Positions 19,556 through 29,326 of a stretch of DNA of 64,000 nucleotides are shown here, in pieces. Both the position numbers and the translations under genes were made by a program. The notes beneath the pieces are model-generated. The model was given only the letters and a program-made list of their open reading frames with translations. It was not told the DNA's origin and made no database searches. Each line of letters starts with the position of its first letter. The first letter of the stretch is position 1. Source of the stretch: Vulcanimicrobiota bacterium (lineage in GTDB: Bacteria > Vulcanimicrobiota > Vulcanimicrobiia > Eremiobacterales > Eremiobacteraceae); contig CAWETU010000001.1 in assembly GCA_963812135.1 (NCBI GenBank), positions 1,696,001-1,760,000 on the forward strand, written 5' to 3'.

Positions 19556-20952
19556 GTCTCGCGGAAGGCGCGGTAGCGCTTGAGGAACTCGCGCGCCGTG
19601 CTCTCGTGGTCCACGATCGGCTGCGGGTATTGATCGGGCGTGAAGAAGCTCAGCTCGATCTGGTGCTGGCGATCCATCCGCCAGGGCGCGAGCGCCGCCG
19701 CGGTGGGAAGCTTGCGCAACTCGGGCACCCAGCGGCGCACGTACACCGCTTGGGCGTCGAATTGCCGCGCTTGCTTCTCGGGATTGTAGATGCGCGGATA
19801 CGCGGCTTGATCCGATCCGACGCCGGCGAGCCATTGCCAGTTGCCGTCGCACAGCGCTTCGTCGGCCGCGAGATATTGGTCCATCCACACATCCCGGCCC
19901 GACCGCCAATCCAGACCAAGATCGAAACAGCAGAACGATGCGGCGCAGATCGCCGCGCGTTGATGGACGAGTCCATGTGTGTGTAGCTGCCGCATCGCGG
20001 CGTCCACGAACGGATAACCGGTGCGGCCTTTGCGCCAGATCTCCAGCTTCTCGTCGTCGGTCGACCAAGGAAAGCTGCGCATCTTCTCCTGCAGCGCCTC
20101 GTCGTGCAGTTCGGGCACGAAGTACGCGAGCTGGGTGAAGAAATCGCGCAGCGCGAGTTGCCGCATGAATGCAGCCATGGACCGGCGCTCTTGCGCGAGC
20201 GTCCACGACCACGCCATGCGTCGCGCCATCGCCTGATGCACGACGCGCGGACTCACGCACCCAAAGCGCAGATAGGGCGCGAGACCCGAGGTCCCGTCGG
20301 TGGCCGGGTATTGCCCGCTTACGATGTAGTCGGCGGCGCGTGCGGTCACAAATCGCTCTAGAGCGCTGCGCGCAGCGGCCTCCCCCGCGGGCACCGGCGG
20401 AGCCGTGTCGTCCTCAGGCAGCGCGCCCGCCTGCTCGTCCCGCCCGTTCGGAATGACCTCGCCCGAGGGCACCGCGACGTCGAGCGATTGCCACGCCGCG
20501 AAGAACGGCGGGAACACGCGATAACCTTCGCCCTCGGATTGCTTGAGCTCAGCGACCGCCTCCGGTTCATGCACGACGTCGCCCTTTAACTTATGCAGCG
20601 CGATATCGGAGCGGCGCAGTGCGGTGGCCACTTCCGACTCGACGGCGCGCTCGCTGCGCGAGTACGATCGCGAGCAGTAGACGGCGGTCGCCTCGAAACG
20701 CTGGACTACGCGGACGAGCGCCTCAGACGGCGAGCCGCGCACGAGCGTGAGCGTCGCGTCGCGTTTTTCGAGCACCGTGCGCAGCGCGCGCAGCGAGCCT
20801 ATGGCGAATGCGCGTTGTCGCGCGTTCAGCTTGTCGAGCTCGTCGAGGCAGTACACCGCGTAGACGGGTCCGCCGCTACCCGCAGCGGCATTGAGGCCGG
20901 GATTGTCCGTCAGGCGCAGATCGCGCCGGAACCAGAACAGGCTCGCGCTCAT
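19552..20952 (-). CDS. Cryptochrome/photolyase family protein (divergent)
   Basis: WFRRDLRLTDNPGL, TSGLAPYLRFGCVS, TGYPFVDAAMRQL, NWQW, YVRRWVPEL. Confidence 0.92.
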   Translation of the reverse strand: MSASLFWFRRDLRLTDNPGLNAAAGSGGPVYAVYCLDELDKLNARQRAFAIGSLRALRTVLEKRDATLTLVRGSPSEALVRVVQRFEATAVYCSRSYSRSERAVESEVATALRRSDIALHKLKGDVVHEPEAVAELKQSEGEGYRVFPPFFAAWQSLDVAVPSGEVIPNGRDEQAGALPEDDTAPPVPAGEAAARSALERFVTARAADYIVSGQYPATDGTSGLAPYLRFGCVSPRVVHQAMARRMAWSWTLAQERRSMAAFMRQLALRDFFTQLAYFVPELHDEALQEKMRSFPWSTDDEKLEIWRKGRTGYPFVDAAMRQLHTHGLVHQRAAICAASFCCFDLGLDWRSGRDVWMDQYLAADEALCDGNWQWLAGVGSDQAAYPRIYNPEKQARQFDAQAVYVRRWVPELRKLPTAAALAPWRMDRQHQIELSFFTPDQYPQPIVDHESTAREFLKRYRAFRET

Positions 20953-21032
20953 CTCATGCCGTCTTCAATGCGACGCGCCGCTCGGTTCTGACGACCCGGC
21001 GGCGCGCGAGGCTCGGATCGGGGTCCAGCGCC

Positions 21033-21491
21033 TTATTTCAAAGACGCGACGTAGGCGGCGACATCAGCGATGTCCTTGGGGGACAGCGGGAGCTTGGGCA
21101 TCCCGGAATCCTTATCGATCGCTTGCGGATTCATCACCATGTACGCCACCTGGCCGGCCTTGAGGCCGGTGCCCGCGAGAGACGGGCCGACGGTACCGTT
21201 CTTGCCGCCTGCGCCGTGACAGCTCTCGCAATTGGCGGAGAAGACTTTCGCGCCGGCTGTCGCGTCACCGGCAGCGACTTTGGCGTTTGGCAACTTGGCG
21301 AGCGGGATCGGCAGCGGGCTGGCCGCCATCGCCATGGCGCTTGGCATCGCACTGGCTGCTGCCGAAGCGGCCGGCGCGGTCGTCGCCGCGGTATTCGAAC
21401 TCGATGAATTGTCAGTCGACGACTTCGTGCATGCGGCCGAAAACGCGAGGCTTACCGCCACCACAACGAGCAACACCGACGTTTTCTTCAC
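21033..21491 (-). CDS. Monoheme c-type cytochrome lipoprotein
   Basis: Lipobox-like SAAC, Ser/Ala linker, CESCH, distal Met in SGMP. Confidence 0.9.
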   Translation of the reverse strand: MKKTSVLLVVVAVSLAFSAACTKSSTDNSSSSNTAATTAPAASAAASAMPSAMAMAASPLPIPLAKLPNAKVAAGDATAGAKVFSANCESCHGAGGKNGTVGPSLAGTGLKAGQVAYMVMNPQAIDKDSGMPKLPLSPKDIADVAAYVASLK

Positions 21492-21532
21492 GGTCTCTTG
21501 CTCCTCTCAAGGGTCGATTGAGTCGCGACGCT

Positions 21533-22798
21533 TTAGGGGGGATCACGCCCCAATCCTTCCCGTTGTTCCCGCACGAATGACAGCGCAAACGCACCGCACG
21601 TCACGAACAGCGCGACCAACGCGAACAGCATGCGATAGCCCAAACCGAGATCGCCGGTGCTCGCGCCGACGCGGTCGACGAGCAGTCCGCCGGCGATCGG
21701 CGCGGCGACTTGCGGCGCCGACGCCCCAAGGTTCCAGATGGCCATGAGCGCGCCCGCCCGACCTGGCGGCAACAGATTGCACGCCAGCGCCCAATCGACC
21801 GAATAATACGCGCCCCAGCCGATGCCCAGCAGCACCGAGAGCAGACCGACAAGCGCGAGCGACTTCGTGAAGACCAGCGCGCCCGCGCCGGCGACGAGCA
21901 GCGCGAGCGCTATATAGATGATGGATTTTTTCGGGAACCGGTCGGCGAGCCGGCCCGCCGGTACCGTGCCGACCAACGAACAGCCGACCATCAGGAGCAG
22001 CAGCAGCAGGCTCGTCCCCAGATAATTCGCCACGTGCAATGCGAAGCGCAAATAGAACCCGAGGAACGGCAGGATCAGATACAGGCCTGCGCTCACGAAT
22101 CCACGCGACACGACTAGCCACCAGAAACTCGTGCGGCTCGGCCACGCCGCAAGAACGGGCTGGGGCGGTGGCACGTCGCCTTCGCGTTCGCCGACACCGA
22201 AGATCGTCACCACCAGTGCGACGGCGAGCACCACCGCGATCACCGAGACCAGCGCGATGAAGCCGGCGGTGTACATCTGTGGCGTGATGCCGGGACCGGG
22301 CTGATGGACGAATATCTTTGCGAGCAGCAGGCCGACTGCGGTGCCGGCCAGACGCATGAGTCCCATGAACGCCGAAGCGCGGCCTTGTTGGGATTTCGCC
22401 ACGCGGTCGGGGATCAGCGCCTGATAGGGTCCGCCGGCGATGTTCAACGCGATCTGGATCGCCGCGAACGATACCAGCACGGCGCCGAATGACGGCGCGA
22501 GCGCGAACGCATACAACGCGACGATATCGAGCACGGTGCCGACGATGATGAACGGCATGCGCTTGCGCAAGACGTCGGACGCGCGGCCCGCGCCATACTG
22601 CGTGACGATCGCGAGCAACGCGCCAAGCCCGCCCAGCAGGGCTGTTGCGCGGCCGTACGCAGTTTCAGGTATGAAGCGCGCGATATCCGCTTGCAGCGTT
22701 GCTCCCAGCAGCGCCGCCCAATGCATTTCCCAGGCGAACCAGTAGAACGCGAGCACGAACTGGTTTTGCGGCCGGCTGCCCGGCTCGGCCGCGCTCAT
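21533..22798 (-). CDS. MFS transporter
   Basis: About 12 hydrophobic segments, GRASD and GRLADR motif-A-like loops. Confidence 0.9.
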   Translation of the reverse strand: MSAAEPGSRPQNQFVLAFYWFAWEMHWAALLGATLQADIARFIPETAYGRATALLGGLGALLAIVTQYGAGRASDVLRKRMPFIIVGTVLDIVALYAFALAPSFGAVLVSFAAIQIALNIAGGPYQALIPDRVAKSQQGRASAFMGLMRLAGTAVGLLLAKIFVHQPGPGITPQMYTAGFIALVSVIAVVLAVALVVTIFGVGEREGDVPPPQPVLAAWPSRTSFWWLVVSRGFVSAGLYLILPFLGFYLRFALHVANYLGTSLLLLLLMVGCSLVGTVPAGRLADRFPKKSIIYIALALLVAGAGALVFTKSLALVGLLSVLLGIGWGAYYSVDWALACNLLPPGRAGALMAIWNLGASAPQVAAPIAGGLLVDRVGASTGDLGLGYRMLFALVALFVTCGAFALSFVREQREGLGRDPP

Positions 22799-23544
22799 TC
22801 GGCGGCCGCCTGCAAACGCCGGTCGGCGTACTCGAAATCTGCCAGCTCGTCGCAATCCATCGCGAGCGCCGGGTCTGCGCCTCTGATCGGCTCGAACTTC
22901 AAACCAGTCAGCTCGACAAGCCGAGCCTTGACGTCGGCGATGCGCAGTTGATGGCTCGCGTATCGGAGGGCGAGTCGCGGGCCGAGCAATCCAGCCAGCC
23001 CGAGCAGGCTCTTGCGCGCCGCGAAGGCGCGCTTGAGCAATGCTATATTGCGCAGCACTTTTTCTGCGTCGAGCACGAGCACGCTACCGCCGGTCCACTC
23101 GCCGTCCGCCAATCGCGCGAAGCTCGAGCGCCCACCGGGAAACGCGGCGGAGAACTCTTCGCGCGTGTAGATCGGATAGGCGCACGCGACATCCTCTGGT
23201 ACCAACGCCAGCAACCCTGCGATGCCGTGCGATGTGACGAACGGCAGGTCAGCCGCGGCGATCACGCACCGGCCCGAGCCGGCGCTTTGCAGCGCCGCGA
23301 TCACGTTTTCTTCGCCGCTGGCGCGCTCGTCAAGCCAATCATCCGCCGCTGCGCCGCACTCGCGTACCGCGGGCGGACCGACCACACTGATGCGCGCGAT
23401 CTCGGGAACGCCGCGCAGCGCCTCCACGAGGATCGCCAAGAGCGTCTTGCCGCCAACGCGCGCAAGCGCTTTGATGTCGGTGCCTTCGCGCCGCGCCTCT
23501 TCTGGTCCAAGGCGGCCGGCAGCCGCGATCACCGCGTTGAGCAC
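22795..23544 (-). CDS. MobA-like nucleotidyltransferase family protein
   Basis: AVIAAAG, KALARVGG, AADLP, MDCD. Confidence 0.75.
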   Translation of the reverse strand: MLNAVIAAAGRLGPEEARREGTDIKALARVGGKTLLAILVEALRGVPEIARISVVGPPAVRECGAAADDWLDERASGEENVIAALQSAGSGRCVIAAADLPFVTSHGIAGLLALVPEDVACAYPIYTREEFSAAFPGGRSSFARLADGEWTGGSVLVLDAEKVLRNIALLKRAFAARKSLLGLAGLLGPRLALRYASHQLRIADVKARLVELTGLKFEPIRGADPALAMDCDELADFEYADRRLQAAAE

Positions 23545-23548
23545 GGCC

Positions 23549-24769
23549 TCAGCTTGGCAGCGCCGGCGATGGCGCCCTGCAAACGATTGCGGTCTTCACG
23601 CCGCCGATCGTCGTGCAGGCCAGTATCGCGGCGTTATCGCCGCGCACTTTGAGCGCCGCCGCGATCTCGTCGGGCCGCATCGGAAAGGCGCGCGTTTTGA
23701 TGACCAACGACCCGATGCCGCGCGCGCGCAGCAGCGCACGCAAGCGTTTGACGCCGAACGGCAGCGACTCGATCACTTCAAACCACCGGACGTACGGATC
23801 GTCCGCCTCGTGGCCGGCGGTCACGTAGGCCAAATCTCGATCCAGCACCGCGGCCCCGATCCGAGCGCACAACGTGCCGATAAGGCCGGCACGGATGACC
23901 GCTGGATCGGGTTCGCCCAGGTAGCGCTCGAGCGGGCGGACAGGCGCAGGCTGCAGCGCACCGTCAAGCACATGCGCGCCGCCGGCATCGATGACCGTCG
24001 CGCTGCGCGCGCCATGGCGCCGCGCGAGCGCGCCGCACCATACGGCCGCTTCTTTGCATTCGCCGCGCTCGGACAAGTACTCCAGCTCGACCGGCGCCCC
24101 GCACAGCTCGCGCAACCCATCTTCTTCAACGCGCAGACCCGGCGCGATCTTGACGCCGAGCGCATGATCGGGGATTTCTTTCGCGCGCGCAAGGATCGAG
24201 CGCAGCGGCGGTTGGTACTCGTCGCCGTGTCGCGCGCGGCCTCGCGCCGTTCGGCGCGACGGATCGGCGAACGCGGCGTCGCCATTGCCGCCCAGCGGCC
24301 ATGCCAACGCATCTGCGTGATGGAACACGGCGGTGGCTTGCACGTCATAGACTTGCGCGTTGTGCCGCGCGCAGGCGAGCGCGTCCTCATCCGTGTCGAC
24401 ACCGTCGACGCGTCCTTCCGGTCCGTGCGCGGCCGCGATGGCGACCGAGTCGGATCCAATGCCCGAGCAAAGATCGATCACGCGCGCGCGATTCTCAAAA
24501 CGCGCCGCGCGATGGCGAGCTAGGGCCTCGGAGGACGCTTGCTCGTAGCCGGCGTGCGTGAAGAACATCTTGTCTGCGCGTGAGAACTTCCCGGCTGCGA
24601 CGGCTCGACGACGCGCGAACGCCGTCGTCAGCGCCGCAGCGGCACGCGCCGCATCGGTCCGCTTGCGAGCGATCGCCGCCGCCGCAGCGGCGCGCGACTC
24701 CGTGAAGGTGCTGAGCTCCGCCAGCAGCGCGTCACCCGCCGGGGTTGCAAGCCACTCATAGGGACTCAT
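23549..24769 (-). CDS. Class I SAM-dependent methyltransferase with THUMP-like C-terminus
   Basis: EQASS, VIDLCSGIGSD, FADPSRR, EPDPAVIRAG. Confidence 0.85.
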   Translation of the reverse strand: MSPYEWLATPAGDALLAELSTFTESRAAAAAAIARKRTDAARAAAALTTAFARRRAVAAGKFSRADKMFFTHAGYEQASSEALARHRAARFENRARVIDLCSGIGSDSVAIAAAHGPEGRVDGVDTDEDALACARHNAQVYDVQATAVFHHADALAWPLGGNGDAAFADPSRRTARGRARHGDEYQPPLRSILARAKEIPDHALGVKIAPGLRVEEDGLRELCGAPVELEYLSERGECKEAAVWCGALARRHGARSATVIDAGGAHVLDGALQPAPVRPLERYLGEPDPAVIRAGLIGTLCARIGAAVLDRDLAYVTAGHEADDPYVRWFEVIESLPFGVKRLRALLRARGIGSLVIKTRAFPMRPDEIAAALKVRGDNAAILACTTIGGVKTAIVCRAPSPALPS

Positions 24770-24794
24770 CGCGTGCGAATCGGCTATCTGCGGA

Positions 24795-25388
24795 TCACTC
24801 GGCGCCCGGTACGCTCATCACGTGCAAGCCGCCACCGGCCGTCAGCAATTCGGCGGCGGCCGGCGCGGTCGCCGAGTCCAGCGCGGCGACGACTGCGAAG
24901 CCGTGATGCTCGATCTCGTCGACGATCCGGAACGCCGCGTGGGTCGAGCGCTGCGGCGCGAGCGCGCTGCCCAGTGTGGCTCCGGCGAGCGATCCGACGA
25001 TGAAACACAACAGAACCGTGGCGAGCATGCGATAGTGCGCATCCACTGGGATCACATGCACGCTTGGGATGAGCGCGAGCGCGAATCCCGCCAGGACGCC
25101 GACGAGCGCGCCGATGACGGCGCCGCGGTTGATATTGTCCGAGCCGATCGCCGCCGATGCAAGGCCAGGTGCACCCGCTAACGGATCGTCCGGATCGACG
25201 TCGTCGCGCACGCCCAGCTCTTGCGCCAATTGTCCGGCGATCGGCCTCGCCGATCCGGCAGCGCCGATCGCGACATCCGCCGGCGCGACGCCGCTTGCCA
25301 ACAGCGAACGAACGGCGCCTTCTGCCGCAGCGACGTCCTTGAACGCGCACGCGACGAACACCGGAGTCGTGGGTGAAGGTCCCTGCAT
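24795..25388 (-). CDS. Hypothetical membrane protein (glycine-zipper type)
   Basis: GAVIGALVGVLAG and VGSLAGATLG helices; start uncertain. Confidence 0.6.
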   Translation of the reverse strand: MQGPSPTTPVFVACAFKDVAAAEGAVRSLLASGVAPADVAIGAAGSARPIAGQLAQELGVRDDVDPDDPLAGAPGLASAAIGSDNINRGAVIGALVGVLAGFALALIPSVHVIPVDAHYRMLATVLLCFIVGSLAGATLGSALAPQRSTHAAFRIVDEIEHHGFAVVAALDSATAPAAAELLTAGGGLHVMSVPGAE

Positions 25389-25425
25389 CGCCGCGCGTAA
25401 TTCACCCTGTCCGAGGTGCAGTCCC

Positions 25426-25710
25426 GTGGATTCCAAACGAGTTCTCGTCGGCAAGTCGGTGACCGTGCGGTCGCTCGACGTCGAGCCCAAGTATTTCACC
25501 GACGTGCATCGCGCACGCATCGGGCAGACCGGACGCGTGCACGCGGTCGTCGCCGGCGATCGCGACGATCCGCTTATCAAGGTCGGGTTCGAAGAGGGGA
25601 CGCAGATCGTTTTCTATCGACTCGCCGACCTAAGCGTCGATCACGACGCCGAGCCGGAGACGCCGAAACGTCACGGCCTCCGGGCGAGCCACCTACCGAA
25701 ACTGGGCTGA
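25426..25710 (+). CDS. Small hypothetical protein, possibly SH3/KOW-like
   Basis: GAGGTG RBS before GTG 25426; IGQTGRVHAV..LIKVGF..IVFY beta pattern. Confidence 0.55.
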   Translation: MDSKRVLVGKSVTVRSLDVEPKYFTDVHRARIGQTGRVHAVVAGDRDDPLIKVGFEEGTQIVFYRLADLSVDHDAEPETPKRHGLRASHLPKLG

Positions 25711-26559
25711 GAGCCACTCCAAGCCTTCAACCACGCGCGGCCCGTTGCGCTCGATGATCGAGTCGTTTGGCGGCTGAAACACGCGCCCACGTTGCACTGC
25801 GCGCAGGCTGCGCCACGGTTCGCGCGCACGCACGTCCGAACCGAACGGCGTATCCTTCGAGACGATGATGACATCCGGATCGGCGCGCAGGATCGCTTCG
25901 GCGCTCAGGTCGGGATACGGCTGGTCTACATCGCCTGCGATGTTCTCGCCGCCCGCGAGCGTGATCAGATCGTTGATGTACGACGACTTTCCAACGGTGA
26001 ATCCGGGCAATCCGAGCAAGAAAAGGACGCGCGGCCGATGCGCGGTGGTCAGCGGGCGCGCCACGATGCGCTTGAGGCGTTGCCGGATTTGCGCCGCGAG
26101 CGCCTTGCCTTGCGGTGCGCGGTCGCATGCTTTCGCGACACCGGCGATGTCCGCGTAGAGATCGTCGAGATTGCGATTGGGCAGATAGGTCACCGGAATG
26201 CCAAGACGGGCCTGGATCGGCCCGCCCTCGTGCTCCTGATCGTGCACGGCGATGGCAACACTCGGATGCAACTGTGCGATGCGCTCGAGATCTGCATGCG
26301 TAAGGTCAGCGACGTGCGGCAGATCTTTGGCAGTCGGCGGATAGTCGTCATACGTGGTGTCGGCCACCAGCGAATCGCCGCAACCGATCGCGAACGCGAT
26401 CTCCGTGAGCGACGGGGCGAGCGAGATGATGCGCGGCCCGTGGGTCGCCGGCTCTAGTGTAGCGGTCGAATTTATTCGACCGTGCGCGCAGCCCGCCAGC
26501 AGGCTCAGGCTTCCCACGAGCGCTGATAGCATGCGCAATGCCTTGCGCGTCTGCGTCAT
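25693..26559 (-). CDS. btuF: Cobalamin ABC transporter substrate-binding lipoprotein
   Basis: LAGC lipobox, RIISLAPSLTEI, LAGGENI, ADPDVII, RNGPR; riboswitch operon. Confidence 0.85.
   Translation of the reverse strand: MTQTRKALRMLSALVGSLSLLAGCAHGRINSTATLEPATHGPRIISLAPSLTEIAFAIGCGDSLVADTTYDDYPPTAKDLPHVADLTHADLERIAQLHPSVAIAVHDQEHEGGPIQARLGIPVTYLPNRNLDDLYADIAGVAKACDRAPQGKALAAQIRQRLKRIVARPLTTAHRPRVLFLLGLPGFTVGKSSYINDLITLAGGENIAGDVDQPYPDLSAEAILRADPDVIIVSKDTPFGSDVRAREPWRSLRAVQRGRVFQPPNDSIIERNGPRVVEGLEWLSAQFR
26458..26482 (+). repeat. REP-like palindrome inside btuF
   Basis: TGTAG-CGGTCGAA-TTTA-TTCGACCG, read as GRINSTAT on the minus strand. Confidence 0.75.
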
Positions 26560-28586
26560 TTCGCGGTGAGCCGCACGCTGAACGTCGTACCAAGCACGGG
26601 ATAACCATAGACCTGCGGCACGCGCTGGTCGGTCAGGTTGTCCACCCGCAGCAACAGGTTGAGGTGCGGGCTAAGGTTGCGCGAGACATGCAGCCCGACT
26701 GTCGCGTATGGCGGCAACAGATGCAAGTTCTCCTCATCGGCGTACTGTCGTCCGACGAACAGCAAGTCAAATCCGTCCTCGCCGATCGCCTGCTCGTGCG
26801 GATCGTACCCAGCTCGGCGCCAGATCTCAAGCGTCGCGGTCGCCGTGGGCCGATAGAGCAGACGGTTTCCGGTCGTCACAACGCCATTGATGTCGGGCGC
26901 GGTGCTCAGATCTTCCGCGAGCGGGTAGTCCGTGTAGGATGCTTGGGCGCCGAGTCGCAGGTTCCACGCGTTGCTGACCTGCACGCTGAAGCCGCGCACG
27001 CGGGCGCGTCCGACGTTGAACGGTAAGAAGTCCCCGAGCATGTCGATCGCCTGATTGACGATGAGATTGTTCGTATCGCTGCCGAAAAACGTGGCCGACG
27101 CGTCGATGCCTTTGTTGTTCGTCACGACACCGGCGTCGAAGGTCGAAGCATATTCCGGCTGCAACTTCGGGTTGCCGAAACCCGGGAAGTAGAGTTCATC
27201 GAGATTCGGCGCGCGGAACGAACGCGCATAACTTGCCCGCACCAGTGTGCCGTACCACGTCTCCCTGCCGCCCACTTGCTGGCTCGCCGCAAAGCTCGGC
27301 AGCGTCGTGCTTGGCGTGCCTTGCGTGTGCGCGAACTGCACGGCTGCATCGAGACGCGGTCCCTTGTCACCGGCGCGATATTCGTCCCCGACGTAGAGGT
27401 TGGTCGTGGAATCTCGAGCGACAAGCTGCATGGGCACATCGATCGTGCCTTGGAAGAGCGCGACGGTGCCGTTCTGTTCGTATTTCGCGGTGAGCGTATT
27501 GGTCCGACCAAGCTGAACGAGCTGCTCGACCGAAAAGCCGCGCTGTGTCGCGAGCGTCAACGTATCGTACGGAAATGATGGAGTCGGGTCGTAGAAATGC
27601 AAGCGCCGGCCGTCCACGTAGACGATGGCGGTGGTTAGCGCATTCGCGGTGCTGTACCGAAGGTTGAGTGAATTGCGCTGCACGTCGCGCTGCTGGCGCG
27701 CGAACACGCTCACGAATGATGGGCCGAATTGCACGCTACCGGGTGCGCCGACCTCCGACGTGTTATCCTCCAGATGTAAGTCGGCGGCGAGACCGCGCCC
27801 GTTTCCAAAAAAGTGAAAGCACGCGCACAACGTGATGTCGGAGGCGTGCAAGTCGTTGTTCGTGCGCGTGCCGCCGGCGAGGCCGGCGAAGCTCGGGTAG
27901 TCAAACGTGTTGTTGGCGTAGCGCGTGAAGGCGTCGACCACGACGCCGCCGTTCGCGCCGCTGCTGCTGACCTGGGCTCCGCTCCCGAAATCCCCTTGAT
28001 AGCCGACTTGCGCGTACGCGGAATCGTGCGGAGGGGAGAACGGATGCTTGGTGGATATCTCCACGACGCCGCCGATGGCGCCAGATCCATATCGCGACGA
28101 CATGCCGCCTTCGATCACGACGATGTTCTGGACACCGTCGAGCGGCATCGATGTGAAATCAGTGACCCCGGTATCGCCTTCATTGACGGGCCGGCCGTCG
28201 AGCAAGATCAGCGTCTGCGATGCGCTGTTGCCGCGTAGCGCAACGGTCTGGAGCGCGCCAGCCGTGCCTGTTTGGCGAACGAGAACACCGGGAACGAAGC
28301 GCAGTGCATCGCCGATCGTTCGCGCGCCGAGACGCTGCAGCTCGATGACCGGCAAAGTGTATCCTTCGCGCGGGCCTGCATGGGCGACGACCTGGCCGAG
28401 GTAGTTACTGTACAGCGTGATCGTCCTGAGTTTTGGCGTCGGCGATGGGCTCGGAACAGCGGAGGGCGATGGAGATGGCGATGGCGAGAGTGTCGGCGCA
28501 GGCGCCGTGCTGTCGGCCTTGCTCTGCGCCGCCCCGAGAACGCACGCGAGCGCGATAGCAATGCACGTCGCAGCGCGCACGCTCAT
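26556..28586 (-). CDS. btuB: TonB-dependent receptor, likely cobalamin
   Basis: Signal peptide, plug motifs DALRFVPGV, LILLDGRP, YGSGAIGGVV; FRAPNLDELY, VDNLTD. Confidence 0.88.
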   Translation of the reverse strand: MSVRAATCIAIALACVLGAAQSKADSTAPAPTLSPSPSPSPSAVPSPSPTPKLRTITLYSNYLGQVVAHAGPREGYTLPVIELQRLGARTIGDALRFVPGVLVRQTGTAGALQTVALRGNSASQTLILLDGRPVNEGDTGVTDFTSMPLDGVQNIVVIEGGMSSRYGSGAIGGVVEISTKHPFSPPHDSAYAQVGYQGDFGSGAQVSSSGANGGVVVDAFTRYANNTFDYPSFAGLAGGTRTNNDLHASDITLCACFHFFGNGRGLAADLHLEDNTSEVGAPGSVQFGPSFVSVFARQQRDVQRNSLNLRYSTANALTTAIVYVDGRRLHFYDPTPSFPYDTLTLATQRGFSVEQLVQLGRTNTLTAKYEQNGTVALFQGTIDVPMQLVARDSTTNLYVGDEYRAGDKGPRLDAAVQFAHTQGTPSTTLPSFAASQQVGGRETWYGTLVRASYARSFRAPNLDELYFPGFGNPKLQPEYASTFDAGVVTNNKGIDASATFFGSDTNNLIVNQAIDMLGDFLPFNVGRARVRGFSVQVSNAWNLRLGAQASYTDYPLAEDLSTAPDINGVVTTGNRLLYRPTATATLEIWRRAGYDPHEQAIGEDGFDLLFVGRQYADEENLHLLPPYATVGLHVSRNLSPHLNLLLRVDNLTDQRVPQVYGYPVLGTTFSVRLTAK

Positions 28587-28591
28587 TGAAT

Positions 28592-29326
28592 TCAGCGCGG
28601 GGTGCATACGATGTACCCCTCGGGATCTTCGTGCGTGGTGACGTCGACGCCGAACGCCCGAGTGAGCGTCGGCGCCCGAAAGACTTGCTCCGGCGCACCG
28701 CACTCGAGCACGCCGCCGGCGAGCAGCGCGACCGAATCGGCGAAGCGCGCCGCGAGCGTGAGATCGTGGATCGCAGCCAAAACCGCGACCCCCGATCGCG
28801 CGAGCGTCTTGAGCGTCCGCAGCACCTCGAGCTGATAGCGCAGATCGAGATGTGTCGTCGGCTCGTCGATGAGCAGCACGCGCGCTTGCGCGGCGAGCGC
28901 AGCGGCGATCCACGCGCGTTGCAACTCGCCAGCGCTCAACGTCGCTGCGGCGTCATTCGCGCGCTCGAGCAATCCCGTCCGTTCGAGCGCCGCATCAACG
29001 GCGTTATGCTCTGAAGGCGCACTACCCAACTGCCACCATGGCTTGCGCAAGGCGACCACGTATCCGGCTAGTTGCGCCGGCGTGACGTCGGGCGGCAATG
29101 CGAGCGAGGTCGCGACCAACGCGACGCGCTCCGGGCGCTCGATAGAACCTGCGCTCGTCTTCTGCGTCCCCGCGAGCAGGCGGAGCAAACTTGACTTGCC
29201 GGCGCCGTTCGGGCCGACGAGCGCCGTCATCTGACCGTCCGATAAGGCAATGTCGAGATCGGTGAACACCGACCGGGCGCCGTAGCGTACTGCCAGCCCG
29301 CGCCCGAGCAAAGCCGGCGCGTTCAT
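28592..29326 (-). CDS. Cobalamin/Fe-siderophore ABC transporter ATPase (BtuD-like)
   Basis: GPNGAGKS, LSAGE, IDEPTTHLD, IHDL. Confidence 0.9.
   Translation of the reverse strand: MNAPALLGRGLAVRYGARSVFTDLDIALSDGQMTALVGPNGAGKSSLLRLLAGTQKTSAGSIERPERVALVATSLALPPDVTPAQLAGYVVALRKPWWQLGSAPSEHNAVDAALERTGLLERANDAAATLSAGELQRAWIAAALAAQARVLLIDEPTTHLDLRYQLEVLRTLKTLARSGVAVLAAIHDLTLAARFADSVALLAGGVLECGAPEQVFRAPTLTRAFGVDVTTHEDPEGYIVCTPR

Noticed and set aside
28436..28505. Hexamer-like repeats encoding SPSPSPSP in btuB
   Set aside because: Ordinary Pro/Ser low-complexity linker with degenerate codons; not palindromic.
28587..28913. Extended N-terminus of the 785-aa TonB receptor ORF
   Set aside because: Overlaps the ABC ATPase gene; the signal peptide begins at ATG 28586.
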